DNA of 64,000 nt, taken from contig OY969801.1 of the NCBI GenBank assembly GCA_963703225.1, positions 384,001 to 448,000 of the forward strand. The letters run 5' to 3'. Position 1 is the first letter of the stretch; every line of letters starts with the position of its first letter. Below the pieces are notes generated by a model. The model saw nothing but the letters and a program-made list of their open reading frames with translations. It was not told the origin of the DNA and ran no database searches. The stretch is from Candidatus Eiseniibacteriota bacterium (GTDB taxonomy: Bacteria; Eisenbacteria; RBG-16-71-46; SZUA-252). Made by a program: the position numbers and the translations under genes. Positions 56,448-64,000 of this stretch are shown here, piece after piece.

Positions 56448-57373
56448 CGCGAGCGCGCCACCTTCCGGGCGCCCGCCGCGGGACGGAGCTTCTCCAGGGC
56501 GGGGAGCGGCCCCGACGTGCGCCTCAGGTGAAACAGGATCTGCTGCAGGTAGCCGCGCCCCGGCCCCAGCCTGGCGGCCCATTGTGTCAGCTCGTCATCG
56601 CGCGCGCGTCGGCGAGCCGACAGCTCCAGGGTCGCCCGGCGGATCCAGCGGTCGATCGGATACGCTTCGAGGCGATCGAGTCCAAAGAGCAGCGCGCAGT
56701 CGGCGATCTTGGGGCCGACGCCGGGAAGCGAAACCAGCCGCGATCGGACTTGCTCGATCGGAGCCGTGCGCATCCAGTCCCACGACCAGGCGCTGTCCCC
56801 CGCGATCGTGCGAGCGGTCGCGAGGAGATAGGGTGCCCGAAATCCGAGGCCCAACGCGCGAAGATCGCCTTCGCGTACGCGCGCGACCGCCTCGGCGGGA
56901 GGGAACGAGCGCCGCAGGGAGCCCTCGATCGGATCGCCCCACGCACCCGCCAGTCCTTCCACACAAGTCGTGATCTTTCGGATATTGGCGGCGGCCGAGC
57001 AGATGAACGACGCCAGGGTCTCCCACGGATCCTGACGGAGCAGCCGAAGGCCCAGGAGCGGCATGAACCCCGGCACCGAGCGAAGCTCCTCGGCATGCTT
57101 CAGGTGAATCGTCGGGTCCTCGTCGAGCCTCAGGTATCGCTCCAGCGCCTCCTGGCCGGGGTCGTCGCCGCGGGTCTCGAGGGTGAGCGCGGCGGGGCCG
57201 TCGCGGGCCGTGCGGGGCGCCAGGGCGATCACGCGAACCTCGGATCGGCCGACGATCCCGCTCCACCAGCCTGATTCCCGGATCCAGCGGAAGGCCTGGC
57301 CGCAGGCGAAGGTGAGGTCGAGATCGAGCGGGCCCTGGACGAGGAGCCGATGGTTCGTTGCGGGGGCCTTCAT
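56444..57373 (-). CDS. 8-oxoguanine DNA glycosylase (OGG1-like, HhH-GPD)
   Basis: TFACGQAFRW, LLRQDPWETL, LGFRA, LPGVGPKIADC, PID. Confidence 0.88.
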   Translation of the reverse strand: MKAPATNHRLLVQGPLDLDLTFACGQAFRWIRESGWWSGIVGRSEVRVIALAPRTARDGPAALTLETRGDDPGQEALERYLRLDEDPTIHLKHAEELRSVPGFMPLLGLRLLRQDPWETLASFICSAAANIRKITTCVEGLAGAWGDPIEGSLRRSFPPAEAVARVREGDLRALGLGFRAPYLLATARTIAGDSAWSWDWMRTAPIEQVRSRLVSLPGVGPKIADCALLFGLDRLEAYPIDRWIRRATLELSARRRARDDELTQWAARLGPGRGYLQQILFHLRRTSGPLPALEKLRPAAGARKVARSR

Positions 57374-57461
57374 GCACGGAAATTTACACGATCGCGGCGC
57401 CCTCCGCCCGGTTCCCGTTGACGCTTCGAGAAGACGCGTGGGAAGATTCGAACGGCCTACC

Positions 57462-58070
57462 ATGAATCCACAAACCATGAAGATCTCGTTTTGTGCCGCG
57501 GCGTTTCGCGCGGGGGTGCTGTTCGCCCTTCTGGCGTCGCTCGCGTTCCCGGCTTTCGGGACTCCGGATCGGGCGGCCGCCGCCCCTGGCGCCGCCACCG
57601 GGAGCGCGGACGTTCGCCTCGTGCGGCTTCTCTCCGACATTCCCGATTCCCTGCGCCTCGGCACGGAGCGGCTCCACGATCTTCGCGTCCGCCTGGTGGA
57701 GGGGAACGTTCTGGTGTTCCGGAAGGGAGGCGAGTTTGCCGCGCTGCTTCCGATCGAGCAAATCGCCGGGAGCCCGGACTCCCTGCGCTATTTCTACTAC
57801 GTCGAAAAGCCGGCCTTTCTCTGGGTCTTCGCCGGGGCGCGCACCAAGGGAATCCTCACGGTTCCGGACGGCGGCACGCTCCAGTTCAATTCGTTCCGTC
57901 TCCGCTGGGGGCGCGGCGACGACGGCCCGGGCTGGATCTACTTTCCGGACGACCCCGTGAACGATCGAGTGCGCTTTTCCGTGGTCAGCGGGCAGTCGGT
58001 CGACCAGGCCGATCCCAAGGACACCAAGTACTGGGTTGAGCTGGGCGCGGAATTGAAGGCGGGGTTCTAG
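57462..58070 (+). CDS. Hypothetical exported protein
   Basis: Signal peptide; ORF with normal codon usage. Confidence 0.55.
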   Translation: MNPQTMKISFCAAAFRAGVLFALLASLAFPAFGTPDRAAAAPGAATGSADVRLVRLLSDIPDSLRLGTERLHDLRVRLVEGNVLVFRKGGEFAALLPIEQIAGSPDSLRYFYYVEKPAFLWVFAGARTKGILTVPDGGTLQFNSFRLRWGRGDDGPGWIYFPDDPVNDRVRFSVVSGQSVDQADPKDTKYWVELGAELKAGF

Positions 58071-58076
58071 GCCGCG

Positions 58077-58784
58077 ATGTGGGCGCGCATCCGGGATTAC
58101 TTACTCCGCAATTTCGGATTGAAGGTCGCCTCGCTCCTCCTGGCGCTCCTGTTCTACGCGCACGTCGTGACCGATCAGCAGAGGGAATCCCAGCTCGCGG
58201 TGCCGGTGACGCTCACGGGACTCAGCGACACCCTGGCGGTCGTGGGGAGCCCACCCCCCCGCGTCGCATTCAAGGTGCGCGGGAAGTGGAAGGACCTGAT
58301 CCGCCTCGGCCTGACGAACCCCTTCCTTTCCATCGACCTGGCCAACGCCTCGCCCGGCCGATTCCAGCGGACCATCTCGGTCGAGGACGTGCGCGAACGG
58401 GCGATCCCGGCCGAGCTGACCCGATCGCTGGACGTCACGGAGGTCGTGGAGCCGCGCCTGGTCGACGTCACGATCGAGCCGAAACGGGCCCGGACCGTTC
58501 CGCTGGCGGCCCGGGTGGTCGGGAGCCCCCATTTTGGGGTCGTCATCGAAGGCGCGATCCGGGTGGAGCCCGATTCGGCCCGAGTGGTGGGACCGGCGTC
58601 GGTGATCGAAGCCCTGGACACGCTTTACACACTCCCGGTTGACATCACGGGAGAACGAGAGAAAATCCAGCGCCAGGTTTTGCTAGACCTGGGCCCGAGC
58701 ACCGTTGCCGCGGAACCCCGGCGGTGCCTCGTAACCATCCGGTTCACCCGAGCCGCAGCAGAATCGACGCGGCTGCATCCGTGA
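58077..58784 (+). CDS. YbbR/CdaR-like protein
   Basis: [31 protein letters not shown] YbbR pattern. Confidence 0.8.
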   Translation: MWARIRDYLLRNFGLKVASLLLALLFYAHVVTDQQRESQLAVPVTLTGLSDTLAVVGSPPPRVAFKVRGKWKDLIRLGLTNPFLSIDLANASPGRFQRTISVEDVRERAIPAELTRSLDVTEVVEPRLVDVTIEPKRARTVPLAARVVGSPHFGVVIEGAIRVEPDSARVVGPASVIEALDTLYTLPVDITGEREKIQRQVLLDLGPSTVAAEPRRCLVTIRFTRAAAESTRLHP

Positions 58785-58827
58785 GTTCGCGGTAGCGACA
58801 CAACATTCGAGAGGAGACCGAATCGAG

Positions 58828-59460
58828 ATGAAGCGAACCACCGACGCGACCCTTCCCGGCCCCAAGCCTCAGACGGCCTTCCCGGAAGTGGACCGGCGCA
58901 GAGTTCTGGAGGGGCTCACCCTCGTTCCCACGAAGATCTTCTTCACGAAGGGCGTGGGCAGCCACCGCGACGAGCTGCGCTCGTTTGAGCTGGCCCTGAA
59001 GGACGCGGGGATCGAGAAGCTGAACCTCGTGCACGTCTCGAGCATCTACCCGCCGCTCTGCAAGATCATCTCCAAGGAGGAGGGAGGAAAGCTGATCGCG
59101 CCCGGGAGCATCGCGTTCTGCGTGATGGCGCGCCAGGCCTCCAACGAGATGCGCCGCCTCATCGCGGCATCGATCGGATGCGCCCTCCCCGCCGACAAGA
59201 ACACCTACGGCTACCTGAGCGAGCACCACGCCTACGGCCAGACCGATGAGGTCGCGGGGGAGTTTGCGGAGGACATGGCGGCCTCCATGCTGGCCTCGAC
59301 GCTCGGTGTGGAATTCGACGAAAACGCGAACTGGGACGAGAAGGAGCAGGTCTTCAAGATTTCGGGAGATATCGTGCGAACTTTCAATGTGACCCAGTCG
59401 GCCGTGATTTCAGCGAAAGGTTGGACCACGGTGGTCGCGGCCGGGGTATTCATATTCTGA
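58828..59460 (+). CDS. pdaD: Pyruvoyl-dependent arginine decarboxylase
   Basis: [33 protein letters not shown] (Ser-Ser cleavage site), YGYLSEHH. Confidence 0.9.
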   Translation: MKRTTDATLPGPKPQTAFPEVDRRRVLEGLTLVPTKIFFTKGVGSHRDELRSFELALKDAGIEKLNLVHVSSIYPPLCKIISKEEGGKLIAPGSIAFCVMARQASNEMRRLIAASIGCALPADKNTYGYLSEHHAYGQTDEVAGEFAEDMAASMLASTLGVEFDENANWDEKEQVFKISGDIVRTFNVTQSAVISAKGWTTVVAAGVFIF

Positions 59461-59461
59461 T

Positions 59462-60091
59462 ATGGCTAGAATCGCGAGCCTGAGCGGTACGGCAATCGGA
59501 TGGATCCTAGCGTCCGGGCTTTTTGTGTCGATGCTCGGCTTTGGAGTTCAACCCGCGGCCGCGCACGATGGGCCGCACGGGGACTCCACGGCCACCGTGG
59601 CGCCCGCGCCCGAGACGGTCCAGACGCCGCCGGACTCCGCGAAGCCAACGGGGTCGACGCAGGAGTCGAAATCCAAATCGAAGGGGAAGTCCATGACCGT
59701 CCCTGGAACCATGCCGGTCAAGCCGGTGATAGCGCCCGCGCACGTGGAGGTGCAGCACATCCTGATCGGTTTCGTGGGATCGGTCCCGGGCAAGCAGATC
59801 ACCCGCACCAAGGAGCAGGCGAAGAAACTGGCCTACGAGCTCTTGGACAAGGCCCGAAAGGGCGCGAACTTCGACACCCTGGTGGCCCAGTACACGGACG
59901 ACAGCCCGCCTGGGATTTACAGGATGGGGGCCCCGTTTGTCTCTCGCACGCCAGGCGAGTATCCCCGCGAGAACATGGTGCCCGCCTTCGGAGACGTCGG
60001 GTTCTCGATCAGCCCCGGGAACATCGACATCGCGGACTACGATCCGGTGAAGAGCCCCTTCGGCTGGCACATCATCAAGCGACTGCGGTAG
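59462..60091 (+). CDS. Parvulin-type peptidyl-prolyl isomerase, exported
   Basis: QHILI, FDTLVAQYTDD, MVPAF, SPFGWHII. Confidence 0.88.
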   Translation: MARIASLSGTAIGWILASGLFVSMLGFGVQPAAAHDGPHGDSTATVAPAPETVQTPPDSAKPTGSTQESKSKSKGKSMTVPGTMPVKPVIAPAHVEVQHILIGFVGSVPGKQITRTKEQAKKLAYELLDKARKGANFDTLVAQYTDDSPPGIYRMGAPFVSRTPGEYPRENMVPAFGDVGFSISPGNIDIADYDPVKSPFGWHIIKRLR

Positions 60092-61001
60092 CGCGGTCGC
60101 CGCTTCCCGGCGGCCGACCCAGGGCATCCCAGATCAACGGCACGATATCGGTGAGGCGCGTCGGCTCCCAGCTCGGCGCCCAGCGCCCCCAGAGCGTGAA
60201 GAGGGCCGGGTTTCGCGTGTGGGTCTTCACGTGCGCGTCTTCCAGGTTGCCGTGGTCGCTCGCGACGATGAGGGTCGTGGACTCAGGCGTGAGGCGGCCC
60301 AGCACCACCTGAAGCGTCCGGTCGAGATCGGAGAGGCAGCGCATGGCGCGGTCCCGGTCCTGGTCGTGCCCGGCCCGGTCCGTCTCGAAGTACTCGAAGA
60401 GAGAGAAATCCTGCTTCATCACCTCTTGGGCGATGATCACGCCCGCCTCCTCGGCCGTTCGCATCGGCACGTCGTATCCCCACTCCCGCACGCGCCAGTG
60501 GGTGAGGTCGTGAACCACGGCCCGCCCCTCCAAGAGATCGGCCCAAGTCCGGAAGGGAGCGCCCGAGGCCATCGTGGCCAGCGAGGTCGCCGACAGGCGC
60601 CGCTTGGTCTCGGCCATCTCGAAGAAACGGGGGCCGAAGGCGTTGAGGAAGGACGCCGTGAGCCCCGACTCCCGCAGCCGTTTCAAGATGGAGTGCTCTT
60701 CCAGGATCGCCCGAAGACTGGGGCCCGGAAATCCCGAGATGTGTTTCCCCATGGCGGCCGGGGCGTTCACGCCGGTGAGGATGGTGGTCTGCCCGGTGGC
60801 GCTCTGGGGGAGCCCCGGAACGCCGAGGGAAGCATCGAGGCCGCGGGCCATCGCGGGTGGGCCCGTCCGAGAAACCGGCGTTTGAGTCTGGGTCAGCCGG
60901 AGCGTGGTGAACTCACCGGCGGCCAGGGGATTTCGATCGGGATCGTCGTCGCCGACGCCCACGCCATCGATGAAGAAGAGCAGTACCCGTCTGGGAGGCA
61001 T
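60075..61001 (-). CDS. Alkaline-phosphatase-superfamily metalloenzyme (phosphoglycerate mutase/phosphopentomutase-like)
   Basis: FFIDGVG, PQSATGQT, TDRAGH, SDHGNLED, HTRNP. Confidence 0.8.
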   Translation of the reverse strand: MPPRRVLLFFIDGVGVGDDDPDRNPLAAGEFTTLRLTQTQTPVSRTGPPAMARGLDASLGVPGLPQSATGQTTILTGVNAPAAMGKHISGFPGPSLRAILEEHSILKRLRESGLTASFLNAFGPRFFEMAETKRRLSATSLATMASGAPFRTWADLLEGRAVVHDLTHWRVREWGYDVPMRTAEEAGVIIAQEVMKQDFSLFEYFETDRAGHDQDRDRAMRCLSDLDRTLQVVLGRLTPESTTLIVASDHGNLEDAHVKTHTRNPALFTLWGRWAPSWEPTRLTDIVPLIWDALGRPPGSGDRATAVA

Positions 61002-61119
61002 CCCACCGCCAAACGAAACGGGAGCCTCAGCACTAGCGCGCGGTCGGTGCAGGGCCGGCGACGCGGGGTCAGGGACCGACGCTAGGGGGCTCCCGAGTTC
61101 GTTCTCTGGCTCTACGGAA

Positions 61120-61135
61120 GGCAATGCCCGTGCCA
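61120..61135 (-). promoter_or_regulatory. Sigma54 -24/-12 promoter
   Basis: Reverse strand TGGCACGGGCATTGCC = TGGCAC-N5-TTGC consensus. Confidence 0.75.
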
Positions 61136-61313
61136 CGCTGGTCTCCATCGCCGAATCAATGCGCGCCTATAAAGTCGTTATTTGACATATGCTTACCATG
61201 CACTAAATTCGACTCACGTTCGCATTCTGCGAATTCACCCTGGGTGCGAGCGACCTGCAGGACATGCCGTTGCAGAGCAGGGCAAAGGCTGGAACCCACA
61301 GCAGGAAAAAGCC

Positions 61314-61341
61314 TTGACAGCTTCCGCACGCGGTCTATAGT
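61314..61341 (+). promoter_or_regulatory. Sigma70-type promoter for HU gene
   Basis: TTGACA-N16-TATAGT. Confidence 0.6.
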
Positions 61342-61484
61342 CCCGAGTCGCGCGCCGTTGAGTACTTATGTTCAATTACAGCGCAAGCTTATAGCTCTCT
61401 GCGGCGCGAACGCGACGCTTGTCGCCGGGGACTAAGCCCCGAGAGACGGAAGCGTTCGCGGCGGGAGCACGCCAGGAGGGGCAG

Positions 61485-61763
61485 ATGACCAAAGCAGATA
61501 TCGTGGATGAAATTGCCGAGCGCACCGGCTTGACTAAGAAGGACGTCGCCGACACCGTAGACCAGTTTCTGGATGCGGTATCCCGCGCGCTCGCCACGGG
61601 CAAGCACATCGAAATCAGGGGCTTCGGAACATTCAAGGTGAAGGACCGCAAGTCGCGCCTCGCGCGAAACCCCCGCACGGGCGAATCGGTGCCGGTGCCG
61701 CCCCGACGGGTGCCGGTCTTCAAGGTATCCAAGGAGTTAAAGGACATCGTCGCCCAGATCTAG
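61485..61763 (+). CDS. hup: HU/IHF family DNA-binding protein
   Basis: MTKADIV, IEIRGFGTF, ARNPRTGE, PVFK; AGGAGG RBS. Confidence 0.95.
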   Translation: MTKADIVDEIAERTGLTKKDVADTVDQFLDAVSRALATGKHIEIRGFGTFKVKDRKSRLARNPRTGESVPVPPRRVPVFKVSKELKDIVAQI

Positions 61764-61834
61764 TCGCAGCGCGGCCGCGGAACCCTCCACGCGGCCCAGA
61801 TCGGAATTGGCTCGACGACCGCGCGGCAGTGAAA

Positions 61835-61862
61835 ATGGGACGTCCCACCGGGGAGGTCCCAT
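61835..61862. terminator. Terminator hairpin between convergent genes
   Basis: ATGGGACGTCCC-ACCG-GGGAGGTCCCAT, with A-run upstream and T-run downstream. Confidence 0.6.
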
Positions 61863-61894
61863 CGTGCTTTTCAGGTCCCCAACGCTCGGGCGGG

Positions 61895-62600
61895 TTAGTT
61901 CCGCCGATCCCTCAGGATGAGGAGTCGAACGAGCTGGAACATCGCGGCCGCGGCCGCCGCGACGTACGTCAGAGCCGCGGCATCGAGCACCTTCTTGGCG
62001 CCCGCCTGCTCGTCAGGAGCGACCAGCCCCAGGCGGTTCAACTGCACGAGCGCCCTGCGGCTTGCGTCGAATTCCACGGGGAGCGTGACCAGCTGGAACA
62101 GGACCCCAAAGGAGAAGAGCACGATCCCGACGTCGATCAAGCTGAACCCGGCCACCCTCACCCCAGGCACGAAGAAGAGGCCGATCAACAAGATGGGCCA
62201 AGCCAGCATCGTCCCGATGTTCGCGAGCGGGAAGATCGCCGTGCGAAACTGGAGCGGGGCGTAGCCCTGCGCGTGCTGTATCGCGTGGCCCACCTCGTGC
62301 GCCGCGACGCTGATCGCCGAGACCGATGGCTCGGAGTAGTTGTGGGGCGAGAGGCAGACTTGCTTGTGGATCGGATCGTAGTGGTCGGACAGAAGTCCCT
62401 GCCCCTGCACGATCTCTACGTCCGCGATCCCATTCTGGCGCAGGATCGTCTCGGCGATCTCCCGACCGCTGCGGCGGCTCGCCGGCGAGAACCTTGCTGA
62501 ATTTGGCGTACGTCGACTGCACCTTGCTTTGGGCGTAGAACGCTAGAATCATCGCCGGGATCAGAAGAAGCATCGTCGGATCCCAGAACGGCATGAACAT
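61895..62600 (-). CDS. YugP-family membrane zinc metallopeptidase (frameshift near 62485)
   Basis: AQSKVQSTY, LSDHYDP, AAHEVGHAIQH, TLPVEFDASRRA, AAALTYVAA. Confidence 0.9.
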
Positions 62601-62740
62601 GTATCGTTCCTCCTTGGGGCGTATCGTTTTGGGGCAGCCCCCTCCTCCCCTATACTGCTTCGCTCGGGGAAAGTTTCGAGAGCCGCCTTTCATTCAGACT
62701 ACCACCGGCAGTCCGGCGATTCAAACTACCGGGAGACGCC

Positions 62741-63802
62741 CTGGCCACGAATACCGTCGATCTTCGCAGCGACACCGTCACTCGACCCACGCCAGAGATG
62801 CGCCGCGTGATGGCCGACGCGGAGGTCGGGGACGACGTGTTCCACGACGACCCGACCGTCCTGCGGCTGGAGGAGGAAACCGCCGCCGCGCTCGGCAAGG
62901 AGGCTTCTCTCTTCGTCCCGAGCGGGTGCATGGGGAACGAAATTGCGGTCGCGATCCAGACCCGAACGGGTGACGCGCTCCTCATGCACCGCCACAGCCA
63001 CATGGCCATGACCGAGGCCGCCGCGATCACCCAACTCTTGGGCCGCACCTTTCATCTCATGGAAGGAGATCGGGGCCGGCTGCGTCCCGAAGATGTGGGC
63101 GCCGCGCTTTCGAACGGCGGATCTCGACGGGATGGCATCGCTCTCGTGGAGGTCGAAAACACGCAGAATTGGGGAAACGGCGCGATCTATCCGCTCCCGC
63201 GCTTGGAGGCGGTTGCGGCCGCCGCGCGCGCGCGGCGGCTTCCGGTCCACCTCGACGGCGCGCGCCTCTGGAACGCGAGCGCCGAGACCGGAATCTCGCC
63301 GGCGACCTACGCGGCGGCCGCCGACACGGTCATGGTCTGCTTCTCGAAGGGGTTGGGCGCCCCGATCGGCTCCGCGATCGCGGGGACCCGGGCGGCCATT
63401 CAGGAAGCCCACGCGGCGCGAAAAATGTTTGGCGGCGCGATGCGCCAGGTGGGGATCGTGGCGGCCGGCGCAATGTACGCGCTTCGGCATCACCGCGATC
63501 GCTTGGTGGAGGATCATCGGCGAGCCCGGCGCCTTGCCCAGGCGATCGCCGAGATTCCGGGGCTCAAGCTCGACCCCACGGAGATCGAGACGAACATCGT
63601 GATTGCCGAGATCGAAGAGCCCCACGATCGGATCGCCGCCTTCGTGGCGGCGGTCTCGGCCGAGGGGGTGCTTGTGACGGCGTTCGGAGGCCCGGGGCGA
63701 TTTCGGGCCGTGACGCACCTCGACATCGACGACGCGGGGATCGACCGGTCGATCGCGGCGATCCGGAAGGCCGCGGCGGCCGTGCTCGGGGCGAATCGGT
63801 GA
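62741..63802 (+). CDS. ltaE: Low-specificity L-threonine aldolase
   Basis: DLRSDTVTRPT upstream of ATG 62798, PSGCMGN, ENT, HLDGAR, CFSKGLGAPIG. Confidence 0.92.
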   Translation: MATNTVDLRSDTVTRPTPEMRRVMADAEVGDDVFHDDPTVLRLEEETAAALGKEASLFVPSGCMGNEIAVAIQTRTGDALLMHRHSHMAMTEAAAITQLLGRTFHLMEGDRGRLRPEDVGAALSNGGSRRDGIALVEVENTQNWGNGAIYPLPRLEAVAAAARARRLPVHLDGARLWNASAETGISPATYAAAADTVMVCFSKGLGAPIGSAIAGTRAAIQEAHAARKMFGGAMRQVGIVAAGAMYALRHHRDRLVEDHRRARRLAQAIAEIPGLKLDPTEIETNIVIAEIEEPHDRIAAFVAAVSAEGVLVTAFGGPGRFRAVTHLDIDDAGIDRSIAAIRKAAAAVLGANR

Positions 63803-64000
63803 GCGAGGAGCCGGTCGCGGGGACGCTCTACCTGGTGGGAACCCCAATCGGGAACCTGGAGGACCTCTCGCCTCGGGCGAGGAAGATCCTCGGCAGCGTC
63901 GACCTGATCGCGGCCGAAGACACGCGGCACACGCGCCGACTGCTGGAGCGGTTCGAGCTTCATCGTCCGCTGGTCTCCTACCACGATCACAACAAGGAGG
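63799..64000 (+). CDS. rsmI: 16S rRNA C1402 2'-O-methyltransferase, partial
   Basis: GTLYLVGTPIGNLEDLSPRA..AAEDTRHT..SYHDHN; runs off window. Confidence 0.92.
   Translation, partial: MSEEPVAGTLYLVGTPIGNLEDLSPRARKILGSVDLIAAEDTRHTRRLLERFELHRPLVSYHDHNKE

Overview
High-GC bacterial chromosomal window with about 55 genes. The PorV-like protein, FG-GAP/FlgD-type secreted protease and cohesin/dockerin-like protein suggest an FCB-related candidate lineage such as Ca. Eisenbacteria (inference only). Many genes carry single-base frameshifts typical of an unpolished long-read assembly. Housekeeping content includes tRNA-fMet, eno, ftsB, rlmN, ppx, lpxH, htrA, amidase, nagZ, rsgA, csp, ampG-like, HU, ltaE and rsmI. 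There is also an ECF sigma/anti-sigma unit, an NtrYX-like pair and an accessory block (GT2-deacetylase, TolC/MFP/RND, truncated receiver-kinase fusion, asnB). The most notable locus is 19148-29987. A sigma70 promoter and a highly structured 160-nt leader precede a 100-aa secreted pro-peptide-like gene and a 1045-aa TPR-GAF-AAA+(GAFTGA)-HTH sigma54 activator. Immediately downstream are an IHF-consensus site and two -24/-12 sigma54 promoters. The first precedes a candidate hairpin sRNA. The second precedes an operon for a lipoprotein, a DUF4384/CxxCH protein, an M6 metalloprotease and a PorV-like protein. This suggests an undescribed peptide-sensing sigma54 circuit. A third sigma54 promoter with a long hairpin lies at 61012-61135.
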